Below are positions 30,883 to 40,878 of a stretch of DNA of 64,000 bases, piece after piece (the first letter of the stretch is position 1; each line of letters begins with the position of its first letter). The stretch spans positions 6,467 through 70,466 of the forward strand of contig JAUVZL010000005.1 of assembly GCA_030602565.1 (NCBI GenBank), in the 5' to 3' direction. This DNA is from Candidatus Stahliibacteriota bacterium. GTDB taxonomy: Bacteria > Hydrothermota > Tepidihabitantia > SM23-42. Under the pieces are notes generated by a model. The model had not been told where the DNA came from and did not search any database. It saw only the letters and a list, made by a program, of their open reading frames with translations. The translations under genes and the position numbers were made by a program.

Positions 30883-31607
30883 ACAATGCTCCTCATGATC
30901 ACCTCAAATTGTTCCTTCGATCTTTCAATAATGCTACCCAACACAATGTAATCAGCACCTGCCTCAACTATTTCCCGAGCATTCTCAGGATTTTGAATGC
31001 CGCCACCAACAATAAGCGGGATGGAAATGATTTCTTTGACCTTTTTTACCATCTCAACGGGCACTGATTGCTGTGCACCACTACCTGCCTCAAGATATAT
31101 GTATTTCATGCCGAAATACTCACCGGTCAGCGCATGAGCCATTGCAATTTCTGGTTTGGAACGAGGGATAGGACGCGTGTTAGACATATACTCAACTGCT
31201 GTGTAATTACCAGATTCGACAAGGATATACCCTACTGGTATAACCTCTAAGTTATATTCCTTGACCAGGAATACGGCTTTGACCTGCTCGCCCACAAGAA
31301 ATTCGGCGTTTCTTCCGCTCAACAACGATAAGAAAAATATCGCGTCGGCATTTGCCGAAACTTGGTGGCAACCGCCTGGAAAGAGAATTACTGGCTTTTC
31401 AGCATTTTTCTTCACTTCAGCAATGAATGAATCGAAATGAGGGGAGACTAGAAGTGACGAACCAATAAGGATAGCCGTAATACCTTGGTCACAAACTGAT
31501 TTTGTCAAATCGCCTACTTTGTCCAGAGCCATGCGGTCTGGATCAAAAAGCGCCAGGACACCAGGTTTTGTCTGGATCAATGTGTCATGAATTGATTTTT
31601 TAGACAT
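30879..31607 (-). CDS. Geranylgeranylglyceryl phosphate synthase (GGGPS/PcrB family, group II-like)
   Basis: LFDPD, ILIGSS, PVILFPG, SLLSGRN, GYILVESG, YLEAGSGA, VGGGI. Confidence 0.9.
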   Translation of the reverse strand: MSKKSIHDTLIQTKPGVLALFDPDRMALDKVGDLTKSVCDQGITAILIGSSLLVSPHFDSFIAEVKKNAEKPVILFPGGCHQVSANADAIFFLSLLSGRNAEFLVGEQVKAVFLVKEYNLEVIPVGYILVESGNYTAVEYMSNTRPIPRSKPEIAMAHALTGEYFGMKYIYLEAGSGAQQSVPVEMVKKVKEIISIPLIVGGGIQNPENAREIVEAGADYIVLGSIIERSKEQFEVIMRSIV

Positions 31608-31723
31608 CTTGTTAAGTATACTTGACATTTGGAAAAAATCAAGACACAAATTAACCAAGGGTTGCGTGGCTAAATCCTAAATTGCAGCCTTGACAATTAT
31701 CTGAATATGATTAGAATGGAAAC

Positions 31724-32239
31724 ATGAAGGACAGGACAAAGGTTAGACTTTTTAAATACCTAACTCCCCAGGAAGTTGATTGGATGCTCGTGAAATGGAA
31801 GGCGCGAAATATTCAAGAGAATACGGTAATAATCAAAGAAGGTACTACTGGTGATGAGATGTTCATTATTGAATCTGGTCGGGTAGAAGTGTATTTAACG
31901 CGCGGCGATGTTGTTTTATTATTATCAGAATTACCGGAAACATCTTTTTTTGGCGAAATGGCTCTGCTTACGGACAAACCGCGTTCGGCAACGGTCAAGG
32001 CTAAAACAACTTGCCGGCTTCTAACTCTGAAAAAACAGGATTTTATGGATATGTTAAGTGAAAACCCAAAAGTTGCAGCGAAATTCCTCTTGGCAATGGG
32101 GGAGGATTTGAGCAATCGAATCATGGCGACTAATTCAAATCTCGAAAACTATTTTTTAATTAACCAAGCAATCGTCGACAATGAATCCTTCAGAAATTTA
32201 TACATTCTGACGCACAAGGCCCCATCGTCTAGGGGTTAG
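31724..32239 (+). CDS. Stand-alone cyclic nucleotide-binding domain protein
   Basis: 'IIKEGTTGDEMFIIESGRV', 'FFGEMALL...PRSATV'; no HTH. Confidence 0.88.
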   Translation: MKDRTKVRLFKYLTPQEVDWMLVKWKARNIQENTVIIKEGTTGDEMFIIESGRVEVYLTRGDVVLLLSELPETSFFGEMALLTDKPRSATVKAKTTCRLLTLKKQDFMDMLSENPKVAAKFLLAMGEDLSNRIMATNSNLENYFLINQAIVDNESFRNLYILTHKAPSSRG

Positions 32240-32289
32240 GACATCACTCTTTCAAGGTGGAGACACGGGTTCGATTCCCGTTGGGGCCG
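32218..32289 (+). tRNA. tRNA-Glu (TTC)
   Basis: GGCCCCATCGTCTAGGGGTTAGGAC...CTTTCAA...GGTTCGATTCCCGTTGGGGCCG. Confidence 0.93.
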
Positions 32290-32320
32290 CATTATTGATG
32301 ATTGTAGCAAAGGAGGTATA

Positions 32321-34414
32321 ATGAAGAAGCTTTTCCTTGTTTTTTGTGCAATACCACTATTCCTCTTAGCACAGGAAACAACGATCTATGGTGGTCGAGG
32401 TATGTTTAAACTGCAATATGCAGAACCTTTTAATATGGGTGTGCTCACATTCCACATCGCTCCGCAGGAACGGTACGAGGCAATGTCAACTTTCCAAGGT
32501 GGTAAGGATGTAACTGACCGTAAGCACTTTTTCCATGTCTCAACTGGCTTGACATATTCAATCATCGATTATATCGATGCGCGAGTTGATTTCACACCAT
32601 ATTGTAAATGGTTTGAGATGACTAATTATCCTATTGATCGCGGTGATCCAGATCCGGTAATCGGGTTGAAGTCGATTAAGATCGGTGCAAAGGGAGGTTA
32701 CCCGTTTATTATTGATGAGATAACCCCTTTAAAATACGCTTTTGGAATTGATGTTTATGTCGACATTGGTCCAGGATTATCAGAAGAATGGTTTAGTAAT
32801 GCACTATATCGTGATGAACAATTCTATGCAGATACATTTGGCTACGACGCCGGTGCTACCCCAGTCGTACCTAATTTTCCTCCGCACATACCTCATAACC
32901 CTGATATTGGAGTCACCGGTCTTGTTGACTTCAGAATCGGTCCAATTGCCGCACATCTCAACGGTGGTTATTTAGCTACCGGAGTAGACAAAAGACCATT
33001 CTACGTCGATTCCGCTGAATTTGATAATAACTACCTAAGGCCAGATTACCTTCAGCATGGTTTTGGTATCGAGCTCATCCCTCACGAAGATGCAAGAATA
33101 TTATTCGAGACCTATGGTATGTTTGATCTGGATGCAAAGGAAGAATCATTATGGGTAACCCCGGGTGTGCGATTTGGTAGCAAAAGAGTAAGCTTTGATA
33201 TTGGCTGTGAATTAGGTATAGTGAGCCCTACGGTTGAGGACATGTGGTGGAAGGTATTCTTTAATATTTCAGGTGGTGCTGACCTGGTCAAAAAAGTGAA
33301 AATCCACATTCCAATTGCCAAAGTCTCGGGCAAGGTCTACAATGTGAAAACCAATGAGCCGGTGAACGCAACAATCAGTTTCCCCGGGTCTGAAAAAGAA
33401 GCAATCCAGACTGGCGATGTTGGTTTCTACGAGACATCTTTTTCACCGGGTAGTTATCGTGTCCATGTTGAAGCCCCAGGGTATCGTTGGAAAGAACAGG
33501 GGATGGTTTTAAAAGACGGTGATCAAATCGTCCTCGATTTTGCCCTTAACACGAAACCGGTATCAAAGATCATCGGTAAGATTTATGATCTAGAGACAAA
33601 AGAACCGATCGTTGCCGAGATAACATTTCCGCAAACCGAAGTAAAGGCGATCAGTTCAGACCCTTCTGGTATGTACAATATTACTCTACCACCAGCTACT
33701 TATCGACTCCACGTCGAAGCGACAAACTATCAGTTCAATGAAAAAGTTGTTACGCTCCAGGAAGATGAAAGTAAAGTCATCGATATTGCACTTACTAAGA
33801 TTGGTGTTGATCAGGCAATTCTTACTGGTAAAATCTCTGAATTTGAAACTGGGAAACCATTGCTTGCCCAGCTCATATTTATCGATACCAATATACCTAA
33901 GGTCACGACTGATCCCAGCACTGGTATATATAAAGTTACTATTCCACCTGGAACATACTCAGTCAAGATCGAGGCTGCCGACTACGTTCCCGAGAGTGCA
34001 CCTATAGTCCTTGCTAAAGACGAAACCAAAATCCATAACTTCACCTTGAAACCGATCCCCAAGGTTGGTGAAAAAGTCGTTCTCAAAGGTATTTACTTTG
34101 ACTTCAACTCAGCAGTCATTAAACCAACCTCATACCCAGTGCTCGACGATGCTGCTAAAGTACTAACAGCAAAACCTAATATGAGAGTTGAGATAAGCGG
34201 ACATACCGACAGTGTTGGTTCTGATTCTTATAACCAGAAACTCTCCTATCAGAGAGCGAACTCAGTAAGAGATTATTTAATCAGATACCATAGTATGGAC
34301 CCCACGCGCGTGATCGCAGTTGGTTATGGTGAATCACAACCGATCGCGGACAACCGGACAAAGTCTGGTCGCGATATGAACAGAAGAATCGAATTCAAGG
34401 TTCTTAGCTGGTAG
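32321..34414 (+). CDS. OmpA-family protein: N-terminal barrel, three carboxypeptidase-regulatory-like repeats, OmpA_C
   Basis: Three 'GK.Y...T.EP..A.I.F' repeats; 'IYFDFNSA', 'GHTDSVGSDSYNQKLSYQRA', 'NRRIEF'. Confidence 0.92.
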   Translation: MKKLFLVFCAIPLFLLAQETTIYGGRGMFKLQYAEPFNMGVLTFHIAPQERYEAMSTFQGGKDVTDRKHFFHVSTGLTYSIIDYIDARVDFTPYCKWFEMTNYPIDRGDPDPVIGLKSIKIGAKGGYPFIIDEITPLKYAFGIDVYVDIGPGLSEEWFSNALYRDEQFYADTFGYDAGATPVVPNFPPHIPHNPDIGVTGLVDFRIGPIAAHLNGGYLATGVDKRPFYVDSAEFDNNYLRPDYLQHGFGIELIPHEDARILFETYGMFDLDAKEESLWVTPGVRFGSKRVSFDIGCELGIVSPTVEDMWWKVFFNISGGADLVKKVKIHIPIAKVSGKVYNVKTNEPVNATISFPGSEKEAIQTGDVGFYETSFSPGSYRVHVEAPGYRWKEQGMVLKDGDQIVLDFALNTKPVSKIIGKIYDLETKEPIVAEITFPQTEVKAISSDPSGMYNITLPPATYRLHVEATNYQFNEKVVTLQEDESKVIDIALTKIGVDQAILTGKISEFETGKPLLAQLIFIDTNIPKVTTDPSTGIYKVTIPPGTYSVKIEAADYVPESAPIVLAKDETKIHNFTLKPIPKVGEKVVLKGIYFDFNSAVIKPTSYPVLDDAAKVLTAKPNMRVEISGHTDSVGSDSYNQKLSYQRANSVRDYLIRYHSMDPTRVIAVGYGESQPIADNRTKSGRDMNRRIEFKVLSW

Positions 34415-34430
34415 CAAGTCGGATACAAAT

Positions 34431-34468
34431 ATGAAAAAAGGGGGCATGAGAATGCCCCCTTTTTTCAT
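34431..34468. terminator. Bidirectional rho-independent terminator
   Basis: ATGAAAAAAGGGGGCAT-GAGA-ATGCCCCCTTTTTTCAT between convergent genes. Confidence 0.88.
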
Positions 34469-34483
34469 TCCTGCTTTCTAGTG

Positions 34484-34577
34484 GGGTCAGGTCTTGAAAT
34501 TTAAGATTAGGTTCTTAACGCGATATTTAACTAGCAATAAACCTTGGAGGGGTATCTTAAATTTCAAGACCTGACCC
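34484..34577. repeat. MITE-like element with perfect 24-bp terminal inverted repeats
   Basis: GGGTCAGGTCTTGAAATTTAAGAT ... ATCTTAAATTTCAAGACCTGACCC. Confidence 0.85.
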
Positions 34578-34583
34578 TAATAG

Positions 34584-35834
34584 CTATTCGTACCTGAGTG
34601 CTTCAATCGGGTTGAGTGAGGCAGCCCGACGTGCTGGATAAATCCCAAAAAATATGCCGACTGACGCGGAAAATCCGAAGCCGAGAAGTATCATCCAGAA
34701 AGACACTGATGCCTTAAGAGGCGACACCGCCGAAATCAACCAAGCCAACAGCATTCCAAATACAATACCGATTAGACCACCGACCAATGCCAGGACGATT
34801 GATTCAATGAGAAATTGCGCAAGAATATTATTGTTCGAGGCACCAACTGCTTTGCGGATGCCGATTTCGCGTGTCCTTTCGGCAACCGAAACGAGCATAA
34901 TGTTCATAATCCCGATCCCACCAACGACCAATGAAATAGCGGCGATAGCTACAATGGCAATAAACCCTACATTTGTTATGCTTTGATAAAGGTCCATGAG
35001 TATTTGCTGCGTGTTTAGTTCAAAATCATCTTCTTTATCAAAACCAAGACCATGACGCCGCCGCATTAGCTCGCGTACTTGATCAGTCGTCTCCTCGATT
35101 TTCATCCCATCCTTTGCCTTAATACCAATACTATAGCCGCCATAGACCCGCGACCACAATGTCCCTCTTGGTCTCGGAAAAAACTTTTCAAAAACAGTGT
35201 ATGGGATGAGGATAAAATCATCAAGGCTGTTTCCAAGAAATGTTCCTTTCTCTTTAAATACACCAATGATTTTGATACGGTGACCATTGAGATGCAGGTC
35301 TTTGCCAACCGCAGTTTCATCTGGGAAAAGATTAGTCGCTATGTACGAACCTATGATCCCGACCGCGCGGCGGTGTAAAACGTCATCTCTTGAAAAATCC
35401 CGACCACTTTCGACTATATAGTTATTCACCCATGCGTAGTTTTCATCAGAACCGGCTACCGATGAGTTCGACACTTCGTTGTCCTTGTATTTCAGTATCT
35501 GCAGCTGTCGACTGGTCTGGGGGATCGCGATTTCAACCGAGCTCAACTTGGTGATTGCTTCAGCGTCATCTGGGAGCAAATCTGGACGACCGGCGAGTTT
35601 GTCCAAATCCCGGTGACCAGTACTGACCCAGGAGAATTTCTGAAGAAAGATGAGGTCTGAACCGATCGACTTTACCTGTTCAGCAACTGTACGGTTAAGT
35701 CCCTCGATCAAAGAAAGGATTGCGATTACCGTAGTAACGCCGATGATTATACCGAGCATTGTGAGAAACGACCTCAGTCTATGAGTTTTAAAGGTTTGAA
35801 AAGAAAGTGTAAATTTACTAAGCAGTTCAATCAT
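34584..35834 (-). CDS. MacB-like ABC transporter permease
   Basis: 'RSFLTMLGIIIGV', 'GGIGIMNIMLVSVAERTREIGIRKAVGA', 'LNPIEALRYE'. Confidence 0.93.
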   Translation of the reverse strand: MIELLSKFTLSFQTFKTHRLRSFLTMLGIIIGVTTVIAILSLIEGLNRTVAEQVKSIGSDLIFLQKFSWVSTGHRDLDKLAGRPDLLPDDAEAITKLSSVEIAIPQTSRQLQILKYKDNEVSNSSVAGSDENYAWVNNYIVESGRDFSRDDVLHRRAVGIIGSYIATNLFPDETAVGKDLHLNGHRIKIIGVFKEKGTFLGNSLDDFILIPYTVFEKFFPRPRGTLWSRVYGGYSIGIKAKDGMKIEETTDQVRELMRRRHGLGFDKEDDFELNTQQILMDLYQSITNVGFIAIVAIAAISLVVGGIGIMNIMLVSVAERTREIGIRKAVGASNNNILAQFLIESIVLALVGGLIGIVFGMLLAWLISAVSPLKASVSFWMILLGFGFSASVGIFFGIYPARRAASLNPIEALRYE

Positions 35835-36513
35835 TGGCTATTAAACCATCCTTTAGCTTCACAGTTCTTCTCGCATGCGCCGCCACATTCACATCGTGAG
35901 TCACCATAACCACGGTATTGCCTTCATCAACAAGATGGTCAAATATTTCCATTATCTCAGCGCCGGTCTTTGAATCTAAATTACCGGTTGGCTCATCAGC
36001 AAATATCACTTTTGGATCATTTACCAAAGCGCGTGCAATAGCAACACGCTGGCACTCACCACCGGACAGTTCATTGGGTCGGTGTAGCATTCGATCAGCC
36101 AATCCTACGTTTTCGATTATCTCCTTTGCCTTTGCGATGCGTTCATGTTTGCTTATGCTCCTGTAGATCAAAGGCAACGCCACGTTGTCCAAAGCGCTCA
36201 GCCGGGGTAAAAGACTGAAGCTTTGAAAAATGAAGCCGAAGAATATATTCCTTACCTTGGCGAGTTCCTCGTCAGAATATTTAGAGACAAGGGCATTTTC
36301 GAGATAGTATTCACCTGAAGTAGGCGTATCCAGACAACTGAGGATGTGAACCAAGGTTGACTTTCCAGAACCTGATGGTCCCATAATAGAAATATAAGCG
36401 TTCCTTTTAATATCAAAACTGACACCACGCAGTGCTTCAACTGCAACCTTACCTCGCCAATAGGTTTTCTTGACATCTACGGCACGACATATGATATCTG
36501 TCTTCTTTTTCAT
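35827..36513 (-). CDS. ABC transporter ATP-binding protein (LolD/MacB type)
   Basis: [26 protein letters not shown]. Confidence 0.95.
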   Translation of the reverse strand: MKKKTDIICRAVDVKKTYWRGKVAVEALRGVSFDIKRNAYISIMGPSGSGKSTLVHILSCLDTPTSGEYYLENALVSKYSDEELAKVRNIFFGFIFQSFSLLPRLSALDNVALPLIYRSISKHERIAKAKEIIENVGLADRMLHRPNELSGGECQRVAIARALVNDPKVIFADEPTGNLDSKTGAEIMEIFDHLVDEGNTVVMVTHDVNVAAHARRTVKLKDGLIAND

Positions 36514-36518
36514 AACAC

Positions 36519-37628
36519 CTATTCTGACGAGGAGCCGGACTCGTCCTCATCTTTAATCTCAAATTTAACCCTTTGTCCATCTTTCAGCTTTGAAAGAACA
36601 CGATACGGACCAATGATCACTGTATCACCCTCTTCAATACCTGAAATAATCTCAATTTCTGTGTCGCTCGATGCGCCCACGGTGATTTCAGTGAGTATTG
36701 CCTTGCTGTCCTGGACAACAAAAACAGTTTCTTTGAGCTTATCATCAATCTTGCGTTTGCCTGATGCCTGAATTGGAACAGTCAGAACATCTGATTTCTC
36801 ATCAGTGATAATGTCGGTTTTAACATTCATCCCTGGTCTGAGAAATGGTGAGAATTCACCCAGTTCTATTTCAACCTCGAAATCAGTTGCTTGCTCAGTC
36901 GTCAACTGGCTCGTAATGGGCATCAAACCAACTTTGGTAACAACCCCAGAAAAGGTTGAGTCAGGTAAGGCATCAGCAATTACCTCTGCTGCCTGACCAA
37001 TTTCAACCGTGGGAACATCAGTCTCATCGATTGTCACCACGGCGATCATCTGAGATAGATCTGCAATCGTTATTAGCACTGTGCCCTGATAGTTCATCGT
37101 GCCCATAACCGCAGTCTCACCTTCTTCAACATTGATCTTCATTATTTTCCCGGAAATAGGGGCGTATATCCTGGTTTTCTTATAAGCATCATAAGCTTGC
37201 TCGAACTGCGCTTTTGCCATTTCATAACTTAGTGCTATTTTTTCATAACTTTCTTTTGATATTAATTCCTTCTCAAAGAGCTTCTTACCTCGCTCATAGT
37301 TTTGCTCAGCCTGCTTTAACTGCGCTTGAGCGAGTTTCTTACTCGCCCGAGCATTAACGTCATTCAAGGTGATCAATAAATTACCCTTTTGTACATGATC
37401 TCCTTCCTGGAAATATATCTTCTGAATTCGACCGATTGTTTCAGCCGAGATATCTACCTGGGATTTTGCCCGTAACTCGCCTGATGCCGTAACTTCGGAA
37501 ATAATATCACCTTTGGCAGCAAGTTCAACCTCAATATCTTTTCCACCCTCGCGCTGGGTCAGGTTCAATATTATGACTATGGATATTATGATAATAGCTC
37601 CAATTGCTATTAAAATCTTCTTTTTCAT
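36519..37628 (-). CDS. Efflux membrane fusion protein (MacA-like)
   Basis: Lipoyl-like 'V..GD.V.KG..L', 'IYAPISG', 'LRPGMNV'. Confidence 0.92.
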   Translation of the reverse strand: MKKKILIAIGAIIIISIVIILNLTQREGGKDIEVELAAKGDIISEVTASGELRAKSQVDISAETIGRIQKIYFQEGDHVQKGNLLITLNDVNARASKKLAQAQLKQAEQNYERGKKLFEKELISKESYEKIALSYEMAKAQFEQAYDAYKKTRIYAPISGKIMKINVEEGETAVMGTMNYQGTVLITIADLSQMIAVVTIDETDVPTVEIGQAAEVIADALPDSTFSGVVTKVGLMPITSQLTTEQATDFEVEIELGEFSPFLRPGMNVKTDIITDEKSDVLTVPIQASGKRKIDDKLKETVFVVQDSKAILTEITVGASSDTEIEIISGIEEGDTVIIGPYRVLSKLKDGQRVKFEIKDEDESGSSSE

Positions 37629-37738
37629 CCCGCTCCTTTCATCCGAGACTTCATATTAAAACACAAAGCTGGATTTTGGACCACATAACTGCCAAATATT
37701 CTAATTGTTATCATCTTCTGCCAAGGGGCTGGATTCAT
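37625..37738 (-). mobile_element. 114-nt ATGAA-flanked cassette, copy 3
   Basis: MNPAPWQKMITIRIFGSYVVQNPALCFNMKSRMKGAG*; same ends and length as copies 1 and 2. Confidence 0.72.
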
Positions 37739-38979
37739 TATCGCTCCTTATTGAATGATAACTCACCCAATAGATAGGACAGGCTTGCCCTTTGAATATA
37801 GAAGTCGCTCAATGAAGATTGGTAGGACATTTTAGCCTCATAAAGGTCTTTTTCAGAAGTCAAAAATTCTAAGAAAGAAACAAGACCAAGTGCATACTGC
37901 TCTCGGGCAATAACCGATGCTTCATTTGCTGCATCAAAAGCCTTGTGGGCAAATTGGAGCCGGTCATATGACTCCCGCAAAGCAAAGTAGGTCGTCTTTA
38001 AGGATTTCTCTGTTTCCAACAGAATACGCTTTTTTTCTAATTCCTTGAGTTGGAATTCTTTCTTTGCATTGAGGTGATTAAATATTAATGATTTGATCTC
38101 AAAAATCGGGAATGACATGCTGATTCCGTAGTTTCTCGTTGCATTATCTCTTACCTGTTGAAAGTCAAAAACCAATGAGTCAGAGCTGTATGTATAGCCG
38201 TAAAAAAAAGAAACCTTAGGTAGAAATTTAAGATATGATGATACTAAATCCAGCTTCGCAGCATTTTTCATTTCTTGAGCAATCTGGATATTGTAGTTGA
38301 CCGATTCCAGGATTGTAAATAACGAATCGAGCGACGGAAACTCAGTGCTGTCCGGTGGCACTAATGTATCGGTCAAATAGATATCGTTATCCAAACCAAT
38401 AACCAGTTTCAGTTCCTCTTGAGCGGTAATTTCCAGGGTTTTAGCCTTTGCCCTATCTTGCAATGCACTTAGATAAAAAACCTCACCCTGTAACATTTCT
38501 AGTTTAGATGCCGCACCGAGTTCATATTTTGTCTTGACCAACTCAAGGTTTTTCTCCGCCCGTTCAATAGTTACTTCAGATGAACTAAGCAGTTCCCGCG
38601 CGTTTATCAAACCATAATAAGCAGTCTTGAGTTTCAAGAGCAGACCAGCGATCGCTGACTTATAGACAATCCTGCTGCCTTTTATCTGTCGCCCACTGAC
38701 AAAAACTGAACTTAGTATATCCAGATCAAAGAGCGGTTGATTCAAGTTTAGCACACCTGAATACATGCTGGTCTCAATATCACTGACCTTGGTCCTGGTA
38801 TAACTCGCCGTGGTCGATATCGTTGGTAAAAGACTACTCAAAGTTTGATAAAATAAAATGCGTGATTTTTCCAGGGATACCTTTGCCTCATAATACGCCG
38901 GACTTTGTGCCAATAACTGATCAATAGCCTGATCCATTGATAATGAATCAACCTGGGCAAAAAGTAGAAGAATTATCAT
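37738..38979 (-). CDS. TolC-family outer membrane efflux protein
   Basis: Two helical repeats 'YELGAASKLEMLQ' / 'YALGLVSFLEFL'; start inferred at ATG 38979. Confidence 0.85.
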   Translation of the reverse strand: MIILLLFAQVDSLSMDQAIDQLLAQSPAYYEAKVSLEKSRILFYQTLSSLLPTISTTASYTRTKVSDIETSMYSGVLNLNQPLFDLDILSSVFVSGRQIKGSRIVYKSAIAGLLLKLKTAYYGLINARELLSSSEVTIERAEKNLELVKTKYELGAASKLEMLQGEVFYLSALQDRAKAKTLEITAQEELKLVIGLDNDIYLTDTLVPPDSTEFPSLDSLFTILESVNYNIQIAQEMKNAAKLDLVSSYLKFLPKVSFFYGYTYSSDSLVFDFQQVRDNATRNYGISMSFPIFEIKSLIFNHLNAKKEFQLKELEKKRILLETEKSLKTTYFALRESYDRLQFAHKAFDAANEASVIAREQYALGLVSFLEFLTSEKDLYEAKMSYQSSLSDFYIQRASLSYLLGELSFNKER

Positions 38980-38990
38980 GTGTTCTCTGC

Positions 38991-39668
38991 CTAACCGCCT
39001 GGCCCACGCAAGGAACCAAGCCCGATGCCGATAAAGATTGACACAAACCAAACAAGGAATACAAGGATATAGGCATTTTGTTTCTTGACCCCGCTGACAA
39101 TACTTATACCAATCGCGACAAGGATCATTTCCCAGATAATAAAGAAGTCAAAACCAGCCAGGAACTGATAGAGAAATGAAGTTTTTTCTATGGTGGGAGT
39201 AAGTAAGGCAAGGGAGGTTGTTACATATGGAGACTTGGTGATCGCAACAAGCATTAGCTTAAGTACTGCGGCAGGAACCATTATCAACGCGGAAAAACTA
39301 ACGACTGAAAAAACACTCTTAAAAGCACTCGTTCCGCCAAATACTGGAACAAGCAGGTTCAACACCACGGCAAAGAGCAATAAAAGTACCGCGGTAAAAA
39401 AAGCACCGCCAATACCGCCAAATACTATTGGCAAAGGTCCCTGGATAAATTTCTTTGCCTGTTCAACCTGTTCATCACTCAAGCCTCTCTCTCTTAATGC
39501 TTCTTCTTGTTTTGTGATTATTGCGTCTTTTGTCAGCATCACTGTAAATGCTGAGCTGAGCGCAATGATAATCAGGACAATGATAAAAGGCTTTGCCCAC
39601 TCTGGCTTTTCTTTTAAACCAGTAAAAACCTTGGTTGGTGCAGTAAAAATATCCATTATCTTAGTCAT
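38991..39668 (-). CDS. Yip1-domain membrane protein
   Basis: 'IFTAPTKVF..L..KP.W..P', multiple TM helices; start after AGGAGG. Confidence 0.8.
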   Translation of the reverse strand: MTKIMDIFTAPTKVFTGLKEKPEWAKPFIIVLIIIALSSAFTVMLTKDAIITKQEEALRERGLSDEQVEQAKKFIQGPLPIVFGGIGGAFFTAVLLLLFAVVLNLLVPVFGGTSAFKSVFSVVSFSALIMVPAAVLKLMLVAITKSPYVTTSLALLTPTIEKTSFLYQFLAGFDFFIIWEMILVAIGISIVSGVKKQNAYILVFLVWFVSIFIGIGLGSLRGPGG

Positions 39669-39876
39669 CCACATCCTCCTTTTTATTCTGATCCAAATTT
39701 CAGAAGATCTTATTAATACTACGTTGAGCTGCAAACCTAAAGGTTTGCCCTACATCGCCTTGTTGAGCCATTTGCCTTGCAATCTTCCTTTTTTCTATAT
39801 TCAGTATACGCAATACAATCAAAAAAGTTTCATGGTTTCTTCTGTTTTAGTCACAACTGTCTCTTTCTTCTCCCGT

Positions 39877-39943
39877 GTAGTTGCCTGATTTATCCCGCTT
39901 CGTATTATAATTCCATAAATAGGATTGCGGGATTTATCAGGCA
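39877..39943. repeat. REP-like pair (GTAG-type)
   Basis: GTAGTTGCCTGATTTATCCCGC ... GCGGGATTTATCAGGCA; same family as 28852. Confidence 0.65.
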
Positions 39944-40084
39944 TTGCAATGACCAAATCATTGCAACAAAAAATAGCTAACCGCAACCATTAGCTTTATT
40001 CTACTCAAAAATCGCCTTAAGTCAATTATCTGATACCTTGACAAAGCTCGGCATAGCTATATCCTTACTATCGAAGGAGAACAT

Positions 40085-40441
40085 ATGTTCAACCCAAAAA
40101 GATTCTGGCTTGCTATACTCTTTGGCATTGCCTCAGGTTTTGTATGCTGGGGATTAATGGCTTCAGGTGGAGAGAGTTATCACTGGTCGATTATTGTATC
40201 AACGATCCTTAGCCGCGGTTTAATTGGCTTTGCAATCGGTATTAGTATCTTAAGAATTAAGTGGTGGCTTCACGGCATATTAATGGGACTAATTCTCAGT
40301 ATACCCATGGGACTTAGTGGCTTCATGGTGCCGGGCAAAGAGATGTTTATCCTCATCGGATCAGTAATAATGGGCATTATCTACGGTTTCCTTATTGAGC
40401 TCTTTGTAACGGTGATTTTCAAGGCAAAACTAAAAACATAA
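40085..40441 (+). CDS. Small four-TM hypothetical membrane protein
   Basis: Hydrophobic ORF; RBS GAAGGAG; promoter TTGACA at 40038. Confidence 0.7.
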   Translation: MFNPKRFWLAILFGIASGFVCWGLMASGGESYHWSIIVSTILSRGLIGFAIGISILRIKWWLHGILMGLILSIPMGLSGFMVPGKEMFILIGSVIMGIIYGFLIELFVTVIFKAKLKT

Positions 40442-40472
40442 AGTAAACCAAAGCAGCTAAAAGAACATTTGT

Positions 40473-40781
40473 TTAATATTCGCGCGTTTTTATGCGTTTT
40501 ACGAGAAGTTCAACCTCGTCTAGAACCGATATAATCATCTCCTCCTTTATGAAATATACCTTGCCGTCTTTTAAGTTTTCATAACGAACTAAATCGAGTT
40601 GTCTTAAGTTTCGTAAAGTATTGCTGACTGTAGGAAGAGATAATTTAAGTTCCGCGGCAATATTAGAAGGTTTCTTTTTACCTTTGGCAAGGGACTTGAT
40701 AATTTGATAAGCTGTTGGATTACCTAAAACCCTAAAGATCCTTGAACTTCGATAATGCAACTCCGATACTCTTCTCATCAT
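40473..40781 (-). CDS. ArsR-family transcriptional regulator
   Basis: 'IFRVLGNPTAYQII..L', 'LSLPTVSNTLRNLRQLDLV'. Confidence 0.85.
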   Translation of the reverse strand: MMRRVSELHYRSSRIFRVLGNPTAYQIIKSLAKGKKKPSNIAAELKLSLPTVSNTLRNLRQLDLVRYENLKDGKVYFIKEEMIISVLDEVELLVKRIKTREY

Positions 40782-40878
40782 AGACCATTATACATCATTT
40801 TACCACTTTGTCAATTCATTAGTTTGCCAATTGGCAAATTAATGAATTGGTTAATTGGCTACATGAAAAGCTCTTTTC

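Noticed and set aside
39190-39888. Long antisense ORFs (e.g. 39190-39888, 10506-11159, 30231-30788)
   Set aside because: Shadow ORFs opposite well-supported genes
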